DNA of 64,000 nt, from contig JAHLWR010000010.1 in assembly GCA_019057815.1 (NCBI GenBank), positions 64,001 through 128,000 of the forward strand, given 5' to 3'. The notes below the pieces were generated by a model. The model was not told the DNA's origin and made no database searches. It was given only the letters and a program-made list of their open reading frames with translations. Source of the DNA: Candidatus Heimdallarchaeota archaeon (GTDB lineage Archaea; Asgardarchaeota; Heimdallarchaeia; Heimdallarchaeales; Heimdallarchaeaceae). Made by a program: the position numbers and the translations under genes. Position 1 is the first letter of the stretch; every line of letters begins with the position of its first letter. Shown here in pieces: positions 1 through 9,389 of this stretch.

Positions 1-144
1 AAGATTTTCAATTTTCAAGAGAGCAAGTTAAGATGGCCTTATTATCTCGAACCCATTTTCATTGATATCAATAATTCAGAAACACATCTCTTTTATGAAG
101 GTGAAAAACGATTTTTAAATATAGATTTTCCAAGGAGGTATTAA
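1..144 (+). CDS. 3' end of a hypothetical protein running in from the window edge
   Basis: Frame 1 is open from base 1 (KIFNFQESKLRWPYYLEPIF...FPRRY) to TAA at 142-144. Confidence 0.45.
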   Translation, partial: KIFNFQESKLRWPYYLEPIFIDINNSETHLFYEGEKRFLNIDFPRRY

Positions 145-149
145 TAAGA

Positions 150-293
150 ATGACAAAAAGTTTCATGAATTCTGCTAGGATTAATCATTTAGAACAGAAA
201 ATTGAAAAAGTTGAAAAAACGCTCTCTGAGGTTCTAAAAAGGTTAGAAAGAATTGAGAAGGAATTAGAAAAAACCTCATCCCTAAATTTCTGA
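150..293 (+). CDS. Small 47-aa coiled-coil protein
   Basis: Own translation MTKSFMNSARINHLEQKIEKVEKTLSEVLKRLERIEKELEKTSSLNF; AGGAGG upstream; heptad pattern. Too short for the ORF track. Confidence 0.55.
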   Translation: MTKSFMNSARINHLEQKIEKVEKTLSEVLKRLERIEKELEKTSSLNF

Positions 294-718
294 TCATAAT
301 AGTTGGTTAATAAGATAAGATATTCTTTATCTTTTGTATATTTCTATCTCCTGAAGCATATAATTGTTTCTTCAACAACTAATCTTAGAATCGAAATTTC
401 ACAAAATACTGGTCGTTCAGAAACAAATTTATCTGTTTTCTTGATAAATATATTTTCCATCAAATTTGTAAAATACATTTTTTGCACCTCTTACTGTTTT
501 TGGATAGTTTGGATAAGGCTACTTCATGGAGAAATATAAAATCGACTCTCTAAACTAAATAAACTTCTTGATCTCTACAAAATCGATATATATACATGTA
601 AACAAATATACTGTATAAATCTGTTGATCCTAATTAAACTACAAACATTCACTATTAAAAAGAAATTGTTGGGTTTAAATGCTGACCTTTTTATTAAGTA
701 CTGTGGATAGAATCATTA

Positions 719-1591
719 ATGCCCAAATTAGAAGACCCAAAAGGAATGAAAGAATTTTACACAGATAACTCTGATTTGAAGCTAGATACTAGTAAAAACC
801 TTCAAGATACATCTGACTTTGAACTTGAAGCAACAACTATTTGGTCTTTTCCTAATAGAGGTAAATGGGCTTCTCATAAAGGAGATTATCGAGGAAATTT
901 CGCCCCTCAAATACCTAGAAATGTTATTGAAAGATATTCAAAGAAGGGAAATTTAGTTTTAGATCCTATGGTTGGCAGTGGTACAACTATTATTGAAGCT
1001 AAACTTACTGGCAGAAATAGCGTTGGTATAGATATAAACAAGAAACCTCTTGAAATTGCTAAACAAAGAATTTCTCATGTTCCGAATACTAATGGTTCTA
1101 CTCACATTTTATACTTGGGAGACGCTAGAAAACTAGATAAAATTGAAGATAATTCTATAGATTTAATCTGTACTCACCCACCCTATCTCAATATAATAAG
1201 ATATTCAGAGAATAATCCTCAAGATCTCTCATCAATTGGAAGTGTTAGATATTTTACTGACGAGATGAAAAAAATAGCTCAAGAATGTTATCGTGTTCTC
1301 AAAGGAGATAAATTTTTAGCTATCTTAATTGGTGATACTCGAAAGCACAGACATTATGTTCCACTTTCTGCTTATGTTCTGAAGACTTTTCTAGATACAG
1401 GTTTTATTCTGAGAGAAGATATCATTAAACACCAATGGAACTGTGCAAGCACTCCTCAATGGCGAAAACAGAGTATGAAATACAATTTCCATTTGATCAT
1501 GCACGAACATCTATATGTGTTTAGAAAACCAAGAGATGATGAGAACATCTCTAAATTCAAGTATAGTTCCAAAAATAATGAAATTCTTTGA
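719..1591 (+). CDS. N4-cytosine/N6-adenine DNA methyltransferase
   Basis: SAM motif VLDPMVGSGTT followed by catalytic THPPY; YRGNFAPQIPR motif. Confidence 0.85.
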   Translation: MPKLEDPKGMKEFYTDNSDLKLDTSKNLQDTSDFELEATTIWSFPNRGKWASHKGDYRGNFAPQIPRNVIERYSKKGNLVLDPMVGSGTTIIEAKLTGRNSVGIDINKKPLEIAKQRISHVPNTNGSTHILYLGDARKLDKIEDNSIDLICTHPPYLNIIRYSENNPQDLSSIGSVRYFTDEMKKIAQECYRVLKGDKFLAILIGDTRKHRHYVPLSAYVLKTFLDTGFILREDIIKHQWNCASTPQWRKQSMKYNFHLIMHEHLYVFRKPRDDENISKFKYSSKNNEIL

Positions 1592-1594
1592 TTA

Positions 1595-2515
1595 CTAATT
1601 GATTATTAATGATTCAAGAACTCCTCCTCTACCATTAGGATCACTGCTTATGAATCTTTTAGCATGAACATTCTTAATTTCAAATCCTTCGTATAATTCA
1701 GCAATTTTAGGAACGTTAGAATTGCTTTCCATAACATAACAACCCCTTTCATCTAGATCTTTGAATACTTTAGCTAATCTCTCTTGTTCCTTTATTCCAA
1801 AACCTTCTGAAGTGTAATCGGTGAAATAAGCTGTATCAGTTAGGGGAATATAAGGAGGGTCAAAATAAACGAAATCTCCTTCTTTAGCACCTTTTACAGA
1901 TACTTCAAAATCCTCCGCGGTTATCTCAACGCTTTGCAAACACTTACTTACATTTCTGAGATTTTCAGCGTTCAGAATCTGTATATTATCTGGATAGCGA
2001 CCGAAAGGAACGTTGAATTTTCCCTGTTTATTAACTCTATAAAGACCGTTGTAACAAGTTCGATTTAGATAAATCATTCTTGCAGCTCTTAAAACTGGAT
2101 CTTTTGGTTCGTCTGCTCTAATTGTTTTAAAGACATCTTTATCGTTTTTGTATTTTTCATTGTCTGATAATTCTTCAATAAGATTTTCGACTTCAGTTTT
2201 TACGATTTTATGAAGATTAATTAATTCTTCATTTATATCCGAGATTTTTGCTTCTGTTATTTTTCCAAGGGAAAATAAATGAAAGAAAATTGCTCCTCCT
2301 CCAAAAAAAGGTTCAAAATATTTGTTAAATTTTTTTGGAAAATGTTGAGAGTATTTCTCCAATAGCCCCCTTTTTCCACCTGCCCATTTGACTACAGGTT
2401 TCAGAGATAGATAGAAATCTGAATCACCCTCAATCTTTAACTCTTTGTAAAACTTTGATAATCTAGTTTGAAAGTTGCCGTTATTCTTGTTTGAGGTGAT
2501 TTTTTTATCATTCAT
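1595..2515 (-). CDS. dam: Dam/DpnM-family DNA adenine methyltransferase
   Basis: KWAGGK, YFEPFFGGGA, YLNRTCYNGLYRVN..G.FNVPFG and FDPPY motifs. Confidence 0.92.
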   Translation of the reverse strand: MNDKKITSNKNNGNFQTRLSKFYKELKIEGDSDFYLSLKPVVKWAGGKRGLLEKYSQHFPKKFNKYFEPFFGGGAIFFHLFSLGKITEAKISDINEELINLHKIVKTEVENLIEELSDNEKYKNDKDVFKTIRADEPKDPVLRAARMIYLNRTCYNGLYRVNKQGKFNVPFGRYPDNIQILNAENLRNVSKCLQSVEITAEDFEVSVKGAKEGDFVYFDPPYIPLTDTAYFTDYTSEGFGIKEQERLAKVFKDLDERGCYVMESNSNVPKIAELYEGFEIKNVHAKRFISSDPNGRGGVLESLIIN

Positions 2516-2611
2516 TTTTTGAATCAGCTTCTCCTATTCTGTTGATACTTTTGGTTTTCAATATAAAAATTATCAGTTTCAATATAGTTAGAAACAAATT
2601 GATTTAAAAGT

Positions 2612-3247
2612 ATGAAGAATCAATTTAATCTTATGAAAAAAGAGTATATGTTAAAAATTATTAAAGAACTCCCCTTTGACACTAGACATGTAGTTTACAA
2701 GCAGGAGGATCTTGAGATATACCTATGGAGACCCTCAAAATTATCAAAAAGGTTTAAAGATTACAATATCGAAACGAATTTTCAAATATGGCTAAAAGAC
2801 AAAAATAGAGAATTCAGACCAAATCATCTAAGAGTAATGATTGATCTAAATCTTAGAGTAAGAAGTAGACCAGATTTGAAAGACCAACTTCTCTTAGCAT
2901 TTGATAATATTTACTATGGTAAAGATCCTAATGTGACTTTAGATAGACTATTAGACGAAGATTTTTCTCATTCACTAAATTCATTAATAGTTATTGGTTA
3001 TCTATCTCAATTGTTTATTTTAGAACAAGAATATGGGTATCCTAGAGAGAGTAAATATAATCCTCCAACTTTATTTTATCAAGGTTGGATACGACAGTTC
3101 CTTGATAATGAACGAGAAATTGACATTCTATGCATGAGCGTTTGTAACAGACAACCTCCCAAAGTAAAATATACATCTAATGAAGATAAAAATCACCCAA
3201 AATACAGTACTGAAACAGACCTTTTATGGTACCTAAAAGGCAGTTAA
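2612..3247 (+). CDS. Hypothetical protein, candidate restriction endonuclease
   Basis: 211-aa ORF next to two methyltransferases; no nuclease motif recognised, so the function is from context only. Confidence 0.5.
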   Translation: MKNQFNLMKKEYMLKIIKELPFDTRHVVYKQEDLEIYLWRPSKLSKRFKDYNIETNFQIWLKDKNREFRPNHLRVMIDLNLRVRSRPDLKDQLLLAFDNIYYGKDPNVTLDRLLDEDFSHSLNSLIVIGYLSQLFILEQEYGYPRESKYNPPTLFYQGWIRQFLDNEREIDILCMSVCNRQPPKVKYTSNEDKNHPKYSTETDLLWYLKGS

Positions 3248-3882
3248 ACAAACAAATGTTTTTTCTATTTCTCATTTATAACATCTATTTATTTTAAAGA
3301 AATTTTTCACTGAATGAGTGTTAATGCTAAAAAACTTATGATAAACATTAATACTTCTAAAAATAAAGTAGAAAAGTTATTTTAGAAATTTCTCAAAATT
3401 TCTTCAATATTAGAAGTAAGGATTAGAATAAAAAAAGAAAGCTAGAAAAGACTGCCTTTATGAAGAATTAATGTTTCAAGTGCCATTCTTCTCTCTTTCA
3501 TAATTTCTTCCTGCAACTTTTTTTGAAGTGTTTTTTGTGTATTCATTTTTTTCACAAATAAGCATTATCTTCTATTTAAATATCAATTGCCCACATGATG
3601 TTAACACAAATTGTTACATTTAAGCTCATAGATGAAAATGAACTTATAAAATAATAGAAACTAATGGAATTCTGCGATGAGTACAAGGCTCGAGACATTC
3701 AACCATACTTAGTTATGTTACTATAGGGAATTTACTTGGAACACTGTCTATGCATTTTACTAATTGATAACTGGAAAAGTGCATGTCTATTGTTAACAGG
3801 CACAAACATCTTTCACACAATCAACCAAAATGAGACAACATATAACCCAATAATTGTTTATATATATGAAAAATGGACTATT

Positions 3883-4515
3883 TTATTGTTTTCTACCACA
3901 ATTTTGACAGAAAACTGTATTTAAATCCAATCTAGATCCACATTCAATACAGTATTTTACTCCAACTTCAACTGGTTTATTCAATATATATGTTGAATCT
4001 GGAGTTTTAATAACTGGATGTGCTACCTGCTGGTTTTTACCCCTATTTGCTCTTATTAATATAAAGACTAATAGACCAACACCAACCAAAACTCCAACAA
4101 TTATTCCTATATTTTCCGCGCTTGAAATAACTGACACTTTAATTTTTACTGTACTAGAGAATAAGCTGTCAGTGTTATCTAAAACAATATAATATACTCC
4201 TGCTAATCCTAAGTCAATCGAATAATCTCCATCTAATAATCCCTGTCTTTGAAAGTAAGCTTGAGCTGATTGGCCTTGTACCCATTTATTGTAATTATGA
4301 TCATCCATTACGTAAACTGATATATCAAACAGGTATGCTTTTATTGACAGATCTATTGTGATATAATCAGTATCGATATCAAAATAATAACTCATATATG
4401 ACAATGGAGGAACATTAACTTCTTCATTAATTAGATCTCTTGCTGTACAGACAGGACAAGTTAACATAAAAAGCAAGAGTATATTTGTTATTAGAACAAG
4501 AATTTTCTTACTCAT
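3883..4515 (-). CDS. Membrane protein: signal peptide, GOLD/emp24-like beta-sandwich, TM helix, zinc ribbon
   Basis: Hydrophobic N-terminus; GVYYIVLDNTDSLFSSTVKIKV resembles GOLD-domain strands; TM IGIIVGVLVGVGLLVFILI; CIEC...CQNC. Confidence 0.7.
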   Translation of the reverse strand: MSKKILVLITNILLLFMLTCPVCTARDLINEEVNVPPLSYMSYYFDIDTDYITIDLSIKAYLFDISVYVMDDHNYNKWVQGQSAQAYFQRQGLLDGDYSIDLGLAGVYYIVLDNTDSLFSSTVKIKVSVISSAENIGIIVGVLVGVGLLVFILIRANRGKNQQVAHPVIKTPDSTYILNKPVEVGVKYCIECGSRLDLNTVFCQNCGRKQ

Positions 4516-4701
4516 GTGAAGATCTTTCCCAAATACATTCTTACAAGTATTTTTCCTTATAAAGATTATTGGATATGTAACTTTATGGTAAAATATGTAT
4601 TTATCTTTACCATTAATGTTAGAAAAAAGGATTAATCAGCAAGCGGGATATTGTTTAGCTTAATTCTTGAAGACAAAGTTAAATATCCAAGGTTTTAACT
4701 A

Positions 4702-5439
4702 TTGTTAATGAATGTTCAAAGCAGGAAATTATTACTGTTTCTTACTGTTTTTTGTATCGTTTGTTCATCCATGACTAATGCATTTGATTATGATACTTCG
4801 TCACTCAGAGAAGAAATCACTGAGATTTCCATTCACATGTTTCTTAAAGAAGGGTACTATCATCTTGTAATAGATAATACAGGTTACGTATCAGGAGAAT
4901 ATGATCGAGAGGATTCTCTTGTAGAAATAGAAATATTTGCTATCGATGGCGAACCTGAGTATGTAAGCGATAGTCGTAATTTAGGTGCTTTTGTATATTG
5001 GGATATTCCAATTTCTACAGAAGTTTTCCTGTTTTTTACCATACATTTCATTTTCAATATAACAGCTACAAATCCAGTAACTGTCTTTTTAACAGATGAA
5101 GATGGATTCATGGATTTTGAGGAAGAAATAGAGAATTTTGATTTCAGAAAACCATCAAAGACTCTTCTTATCATTGGAATTGTTATTGGAATAGTATTCT
5201 TTGCAGGAATTACGGTAGGTTTCATAGAAAAAATCAGAAAGAAGCATGGATATGTTAAACTGGAAAAAGTTGTAGAAGTAAAAGAGATCGAAGAGGAAAC
5301 AGCTAAACCAGGTAAAGCAAAAACAATATTTTATTTCTGCGAACAATGCAACGAGGATTATATCAATAAGGTTAAAATTTGTCCTAATTGTGGAAATAAA
5401 GTGAAAAAAGTAAAAAGAGTATTAGAAGAAGTATTATGA
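4702..5439 (+). CDS. Membrane protein: signal peptide, beta-rich domain, TM helix, zinc ribbon
   Basis: GYYHLVIDNT motif; TM LLIIGIVIGIVFFAGITV; CEQC...CPNC. Confidence 0.7.
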   Translation: MLMNVQSRKLLLFLTVFCIVCSSMTNAFDYDTSSLREEITEISIHMFLKEGYYHLVIDNTGYVSGEYDREDSLVEIEIFAIDGEPEYVSDSRNLGAFVYWDIPISTEVFLFFTIHFIFNITATNPVTVFLTDEDGFMDFEEEIENFDFRKPSKTLLIIGIVIGIVFFAGITVGFIEKIRKKHGYVKLEKVVEVKEIEEETAKPGKAKTIFYFCEQCNEDYINKVKICPNCGNKVKKVKRVLEEVL

Positions 5440-5533
5440 TGACATAAAACTAGATTAATAATTCTAAGTTCAGATTAGTTTTCATGGATTTCCTTTTGTT
5501 AAAATCTTTATAGAAAAGAGAAGAAGAAACCTA

Positions 5534-5716
5534 TTATTGTTCTGAAGCTGGTTTTCCTTTCATTCCCCAATGTGTTTTTGGATAGTCTTGAACAAGAACC
5601 CTAACAGATTCAGGTTTAGAACCCATTTTCACAAAAACATCTGTTATTCCTTCGATAATTTCTTTAATTTGCTCTTCTGTTCTACCTTCCCATAAATCTA
5701 CATGTACTATTGGCAT
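5534..5716 (-). CDS. 4-oxalocrotonate tautomerase family protein
   Basis: 60 aa; catalytic Pro1 (MPIVHV); GRTEEQ; W-G-x-x-G near the C-terminus. Confidence 0.92.
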   Translation of the reverse strand: MPIVHVDLWEGRTEEQIKEIIEGITDVFVKMGSKPESVRVLVQDYPKTHWGMKGKPASEQ

Positions 5717-5821
5717 TTAATCACCTTTTGTTTGATTGTGATAAGAAATATAGTGCATAATTTAAATATTTTCATTTGCATCCAAGTTAAGTTTTTAATA
5801 AACTATACTTTTTCTTGCCCC

Positions 5822-5935
5822 ATGCAATTATTTCAAGGATCAATCATCACTTGTGATACCCAAGATAATGTCTTTCAATATTTGGTTGAAGACAAAGGAA
5901 AGATTATCTATATTGGAGATCATCTTCTGAAGTAA
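5822..5935 (+). pseudogene. N-terminal remnant of an amidohydrolase-like gene
   Basis: MQLFQGSIITCDTQDNVFQYLVEDKGKIIYIG resembles the first strands of YtcJ-type amidohydrolases, then stops. Confidence 0.4.
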
Positions 5936-5938
5936 AGG

Positions 5939-6486
5939 TTGGCACAGACTATGTTTAATCAAGATTTAATTGAGCAGATTAGAGCTGCATTTCCTAGAGC
6001 AGTTACTGATTTCAATAGTCGGAAACGTGCTTTCTTTGATAATGGTACAGTAACACTTGTTGTTGATAAAGCAGCAATAGCTGAAGCTGAAGCCCGTATA
6101 AACTGGAGTGCAAACGTAGGAGGTATCTTTGACGAATCCATACAAGCAAGTGATACTATCCTTTCTGGAAGAAAGCGGTAGCAGATTTCTTAAATGCTCC
6201 AGACCCTACGACCATTGTTTCTGGAGAATCTGCAACTTCTTTGCTCTTTAATTTAAGCTATGCTTTGGGTAAAGAACTCACTGGTAGTGAAAATGTTGTC
6301 ACAACAGATTATGAGAACTACACTAATGTGGATTCTTGGGAAGAACTTAACAAGCGAGGAAAAATCCAACAAGTTCGATTTACCAAACTGAATATGGAAG
6401 AAGGTACACTTGATATGAATCATCTACAAGAGTTGATAGATGCCAAAACCAAGATTGTGGCTATTACTGCTGCATCAAACATGTGA
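5939..6486 (+). pseudogene. Frameshifted, truncated cysteine-desulfurase-like (aminotransferase class V) gene
   Basis: IRAAFP..AFFDNGT in one frame; LFNLSYAL..VVTT..TKIVAITAASN in another; ends before the PLP lysine. Confidence 0.75.
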
Positions 6487-6537
6487 TGGAATACGGATTT
6501 CTGGTATAAAAATTACTATTAGAGGAAGAAATAAGTT

Positions 6538-7479
6538 TTACTCTATTATGTTATACCCACAATCTTTACAAAATTTTTCTGATATTTTTACTTTCCTTCC
6601 ACAATTAGAACAAAACATTGTATCTTCTTCTCTGGTGATAACTTCTTGTGATGATTTTTGTTGGAATGATTGTGGTTTTTGCCTAGGATGTTGAATATAC
6701 ATCTGTTTAGGAGGAGGTTGAGTTTGTTGATGAGATGGATAAACAGGAACTTGTGGTGGGATTGGATCAATAATTAATTCTGCTTCGTTTGATAATTTGA
6801 ATAATCCTATGATGAAAAAAAGTGATGAAACTAATAGAAGAACAAGGAAGAAAATTATCATGATAGCAGCAACTCTTATAGGTTGATAAAGAGCAATAGG
6901 AAGAAGAATATATGCAAAACATCGAAGAGCTTGCGAATAAAATAGACCTCTACTTATGGTTCCTTGATATAGATTGTTTTTTTCTAAATCTTTAAAAGTT
7001 TTCACTTTTTGATAAAAAGCGTAAGTTAACAGTGCAGCAGCTCCTATCGTAATAATAAAATTAGTTAGAAAATTAAAGATGGACACTATTGTAGCAATGA
7101 TACTAGTTATTATTCCAGCTAGCATATAGTTCCCTGTCTTTTTCGCACTATCAGCAATCCTTATTTCACTATTTCCTAATGATGTGAATGATGATGAAAG
7201 CATAAAAAAGAAGACATAATTTACTACTATTACAACTATTTGTGCTATCCAAAGAGTTATCATCCAAAACATCATAATCAAAACATAGAAAATGAAATCT
7301 AGCAACAGATAATATGAATAATCATCAACCATTTTAAAAAGGAAAGATATAATTACTCCATAGAAAATACAGTTAATAATCCAGAGAATCAGCTCAGTAA
7401 CAGCAAGTCTTTTTGCTGAATTACTTAACTTTCTTTTAGCTTGACTAAAAGGGCTAATCACATATGCTGGATAATACAT
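6538..7479 (-). CDS. Multi-pass membrane protein with Pro/Gln linker and C-terminal zinc ribbon
   Basis: Several hydrophobic segments; PPQVPVYPSHQQTQPPP; CSNC...CKDC. Confidence 0.75.
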   Translation of the reverse strand: MYYPAYVISPFSQAKRKLSNSAKRLAVTELILWIINCIFYGVIISFLFKMVDDYSYYLLLDFIFYVLIMMFWMITLWIAQIVVIVVNYVFFFMLSSSFTSLGNSEIRIADSAKKTGNYMLAGIITSIIATIVSIFNFLTNFIITIGAAALLTYAFYQKVKTFKDLEKNNLYQGTISRGLFYSQALRCFAYILLPIALYQPIRVAAIMIIFFLVLLLVSSLFFIIGLFKLSNEAELIIDPIPPQVPVYPSHQQTQPPPKQMYIQHPRQKPQSFQQKSSQEVITREEDTMFCSNCGRKVKISEKFCKDCGYNIIE

Positions 7480-7536
7480 TCTGTTCTTCTCTTTCTTATC
7501 CCAATGCTTTATTGTTTATTATTATTTAAATTTATT

Positions 7537-8070
7537 TCATGGAAATGCTGGATTATTTTTATCTTCAACTCTCATCTGAAATACTCTTCTATTTTTAATA
7601 TCCATTTTTTGAAAATAGAATCTACTTTTAATTGTTTCAAATTTAACAATTGTTTTAGGACAGATTTTTACTAATACCATTTCTGGGATTTTTGAGAATG
7701 TATCAACAAATGCTTTTGATAATTTTCTTTCAAACAAATTTAAAAAAACCTTGTTTTTCTTATCTAATGGCTTTCCGAGAATTTCAGCTTCACCTTCATA
7801 TTGTACATTTTTCAGAGTTAATGCCACTCTTGGATTTTCTTTAATTTGAGCTATTTTCTTATTATTATCCCAAGACCAGAAAAGAATTTCCAACTCATCA
7901 TTAGCAAAAGTGACAGTTCTCGCAGTTACACGATCTTTACTTGAAGTTGCTAAAACAATTTCTCTATTTTCATCAAAGATATGAATAATTTCATCCTTAA
8001 ATGTTCTAAAATCAAGTTCTTTTCTCATCTTTGTGATTGTTTCCTCAGTATCTATATTTTTCTGACTCAT
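7537..8070 (-). CDS. Pyridoxamine 5'-phosphate oxidase-like FMN-binding protein
   Basis: VLATS..RVTARTV; KIAQIKENPRVAL; EGEAEIL. Confidence 0.85.
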   Translation of the reverse strand: MSQKNIDTEETITKMRKELDFRTFKDEIIHIFDENREIVLATSSKDRVTARTVTFANDELEILFWSWDNNKKIAQIKENPRVALTLKNVQYEGEAEILGKPLDKKNKVFLNLFERKLSKAFVDTFSKIPEMVLVKICPKTIVKFETIKSRFYFQKMDIKNRRVFQMRVEDKNNPAFP

Positions 8071-8316
8071 CTGTATCTCTCAATATTTTATTTGATGTTT
8101 TTGTATAATAGTATTATGCGAAAAATTTGAAGTTAAACCAGTTATCCCTTTTCTCAGCTAGAACTCACTTCCCCTTTAGAGAAGCTCTAGACTACTCAGA
8201 CTATTTTTGGGACATGTTTTTGTTAATTCAAAACTTTCTTCATTTTAAGAAGAACAAGATTTGTAAACTTTGTAGAGTTTTATTAACTCTTCTTACAACT
8301 GTTTTCTTCTCTTTTT

Positions 8317-9267
8317 CTAGTGATTCTGTATAGGATTAAGTGCTCTTTTTGAATTTTCCGTGATAATTTTAGTGATTAATTCTTCATCTATTCCTTCTTT
8401 CACACAATAAGGAACGAATTCCTTGAAAAATCGTGCATATGGTCTCATTGGCCATTCTTCCTCATCTTCTTTTATCCAATAAGAACCAGAATCTTGTCCA
8501 AACAGTAACTGTGAGAGTAGGTTCTCTTCTTGTAGTTTCCTTACCGCTGGAGGATATTTGGTAAAATCTTTCGCTCCTCCTAAGGTATCAAATTCTAGCC
8601 AAATCCCTTTCTTCCCAAACTCTAGAATTTTTTCCATATCCATTTGTCCATCAGCATGCACCCAGATGAATCTGTCATAGGGTAGTTGTTCTCCTTCTAT
8701 TATTTGGACAGCTTTAGGCAAAGAAGATGCATCCCATATGTGACATTGAATCACCATCCCTGTCTTTTTACTTGTTCTAGCAGCAGCTCTGAGTAGCTTC
8801 TCTTGTAAAGGGAATATTTCTCCTTCATCTCCTAGAGCAAGTTTGATGAATCCAGGTTTTATTCCTGTATCATCTATCCCTTCTTCAAACTCTTTTGTCC
8901 AGACAGCTGCTATTTCATCAATAGTCGACTCTCTAATAGCTTTAGGAACATTTTTTCCTCTAACATTCGAGCCATCCCAAGCTCCTGTGCATGTGACAAT
9001 ATTAATTCCAGACTTCTTAGAACATTCTACTAGAACCTCCAAATCTCTTCCCAATCCTAGTGGAGTAGCTTCAACTATTGTTTGACATCCTTTATTTTTT
9101 GCTTCAATCAAGTAAGGTAAAACGTACTCTACTACTTCTTCAGTGGAATAAGTCTTTTCTTGATCATCTGCACTAAATAAATTAACCACAATATGCTCGT
9201 GGAATAATGTCACTCCCAAGTCTTCTTGTTTAACAAGTCCGAGAACTGTGTTTATCAAAACAATCAT
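8317..9267 (-). CDS. Phosphotriesterase-family metallo-amidohydrolase
   Basis: INTVLG, LGVTLFHEH, TIVEATPLGLGRD, GFIKLA, WVHAD. Start placed at ATG 9267 rather than 9360. Confidence 0.92.
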   Translation of the reverse strand: MIVLINTVLGLVKQEDLGVTLFHEHIVVNLFSADDQEKTYSTEEVVEYVLPYLIEAKNKGCQTIVEATPLGLGRDLEVLVECSKKSGINIVTCTGAWDGSNVRGKNVPKAIRESTIDEIAAVWTKEFEEGIDDTGIKPGFIKLALGDEGEIFPLQEKLLRAAARTSKKTGMVIQCHIWDASSLPKAVQIIEGEQLPYDRFIWVHADGQMDMEKILEFGKKGIWLEFDTLGGAKDFTKYPPAVRKLQEENLLSQLLFGQDSGSYWIKEDEEEWPMRPYARFFKEFVPYCVKEGIDEELITKIITENSKRALNPIQNH

Positions 9268-9320
9268 ATCCTTCCAATTTACATTTAGGAAATAGTTCAA
9301 ACATTTATAACTATTTTGAG
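9145..9320. repeat. Copy 1 of a ~175-bp direct duplication (5' end and upstream region of the phosphotriesterase gene)
   Basis: Matches ~11316-11491, including the identical stretch acaatatgctcgtggaataatgtcactcccaagtcttcttgtttaacaagtccgagaactgtgtttatcaaaa. Confidence 0.9.
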
Positions 9321-9389
9321 TCTCTAGATGAGAGAAAAGACAACTCAAAGAGACACTCATACATTACACTGCTCTAGAGAATAGAAACT

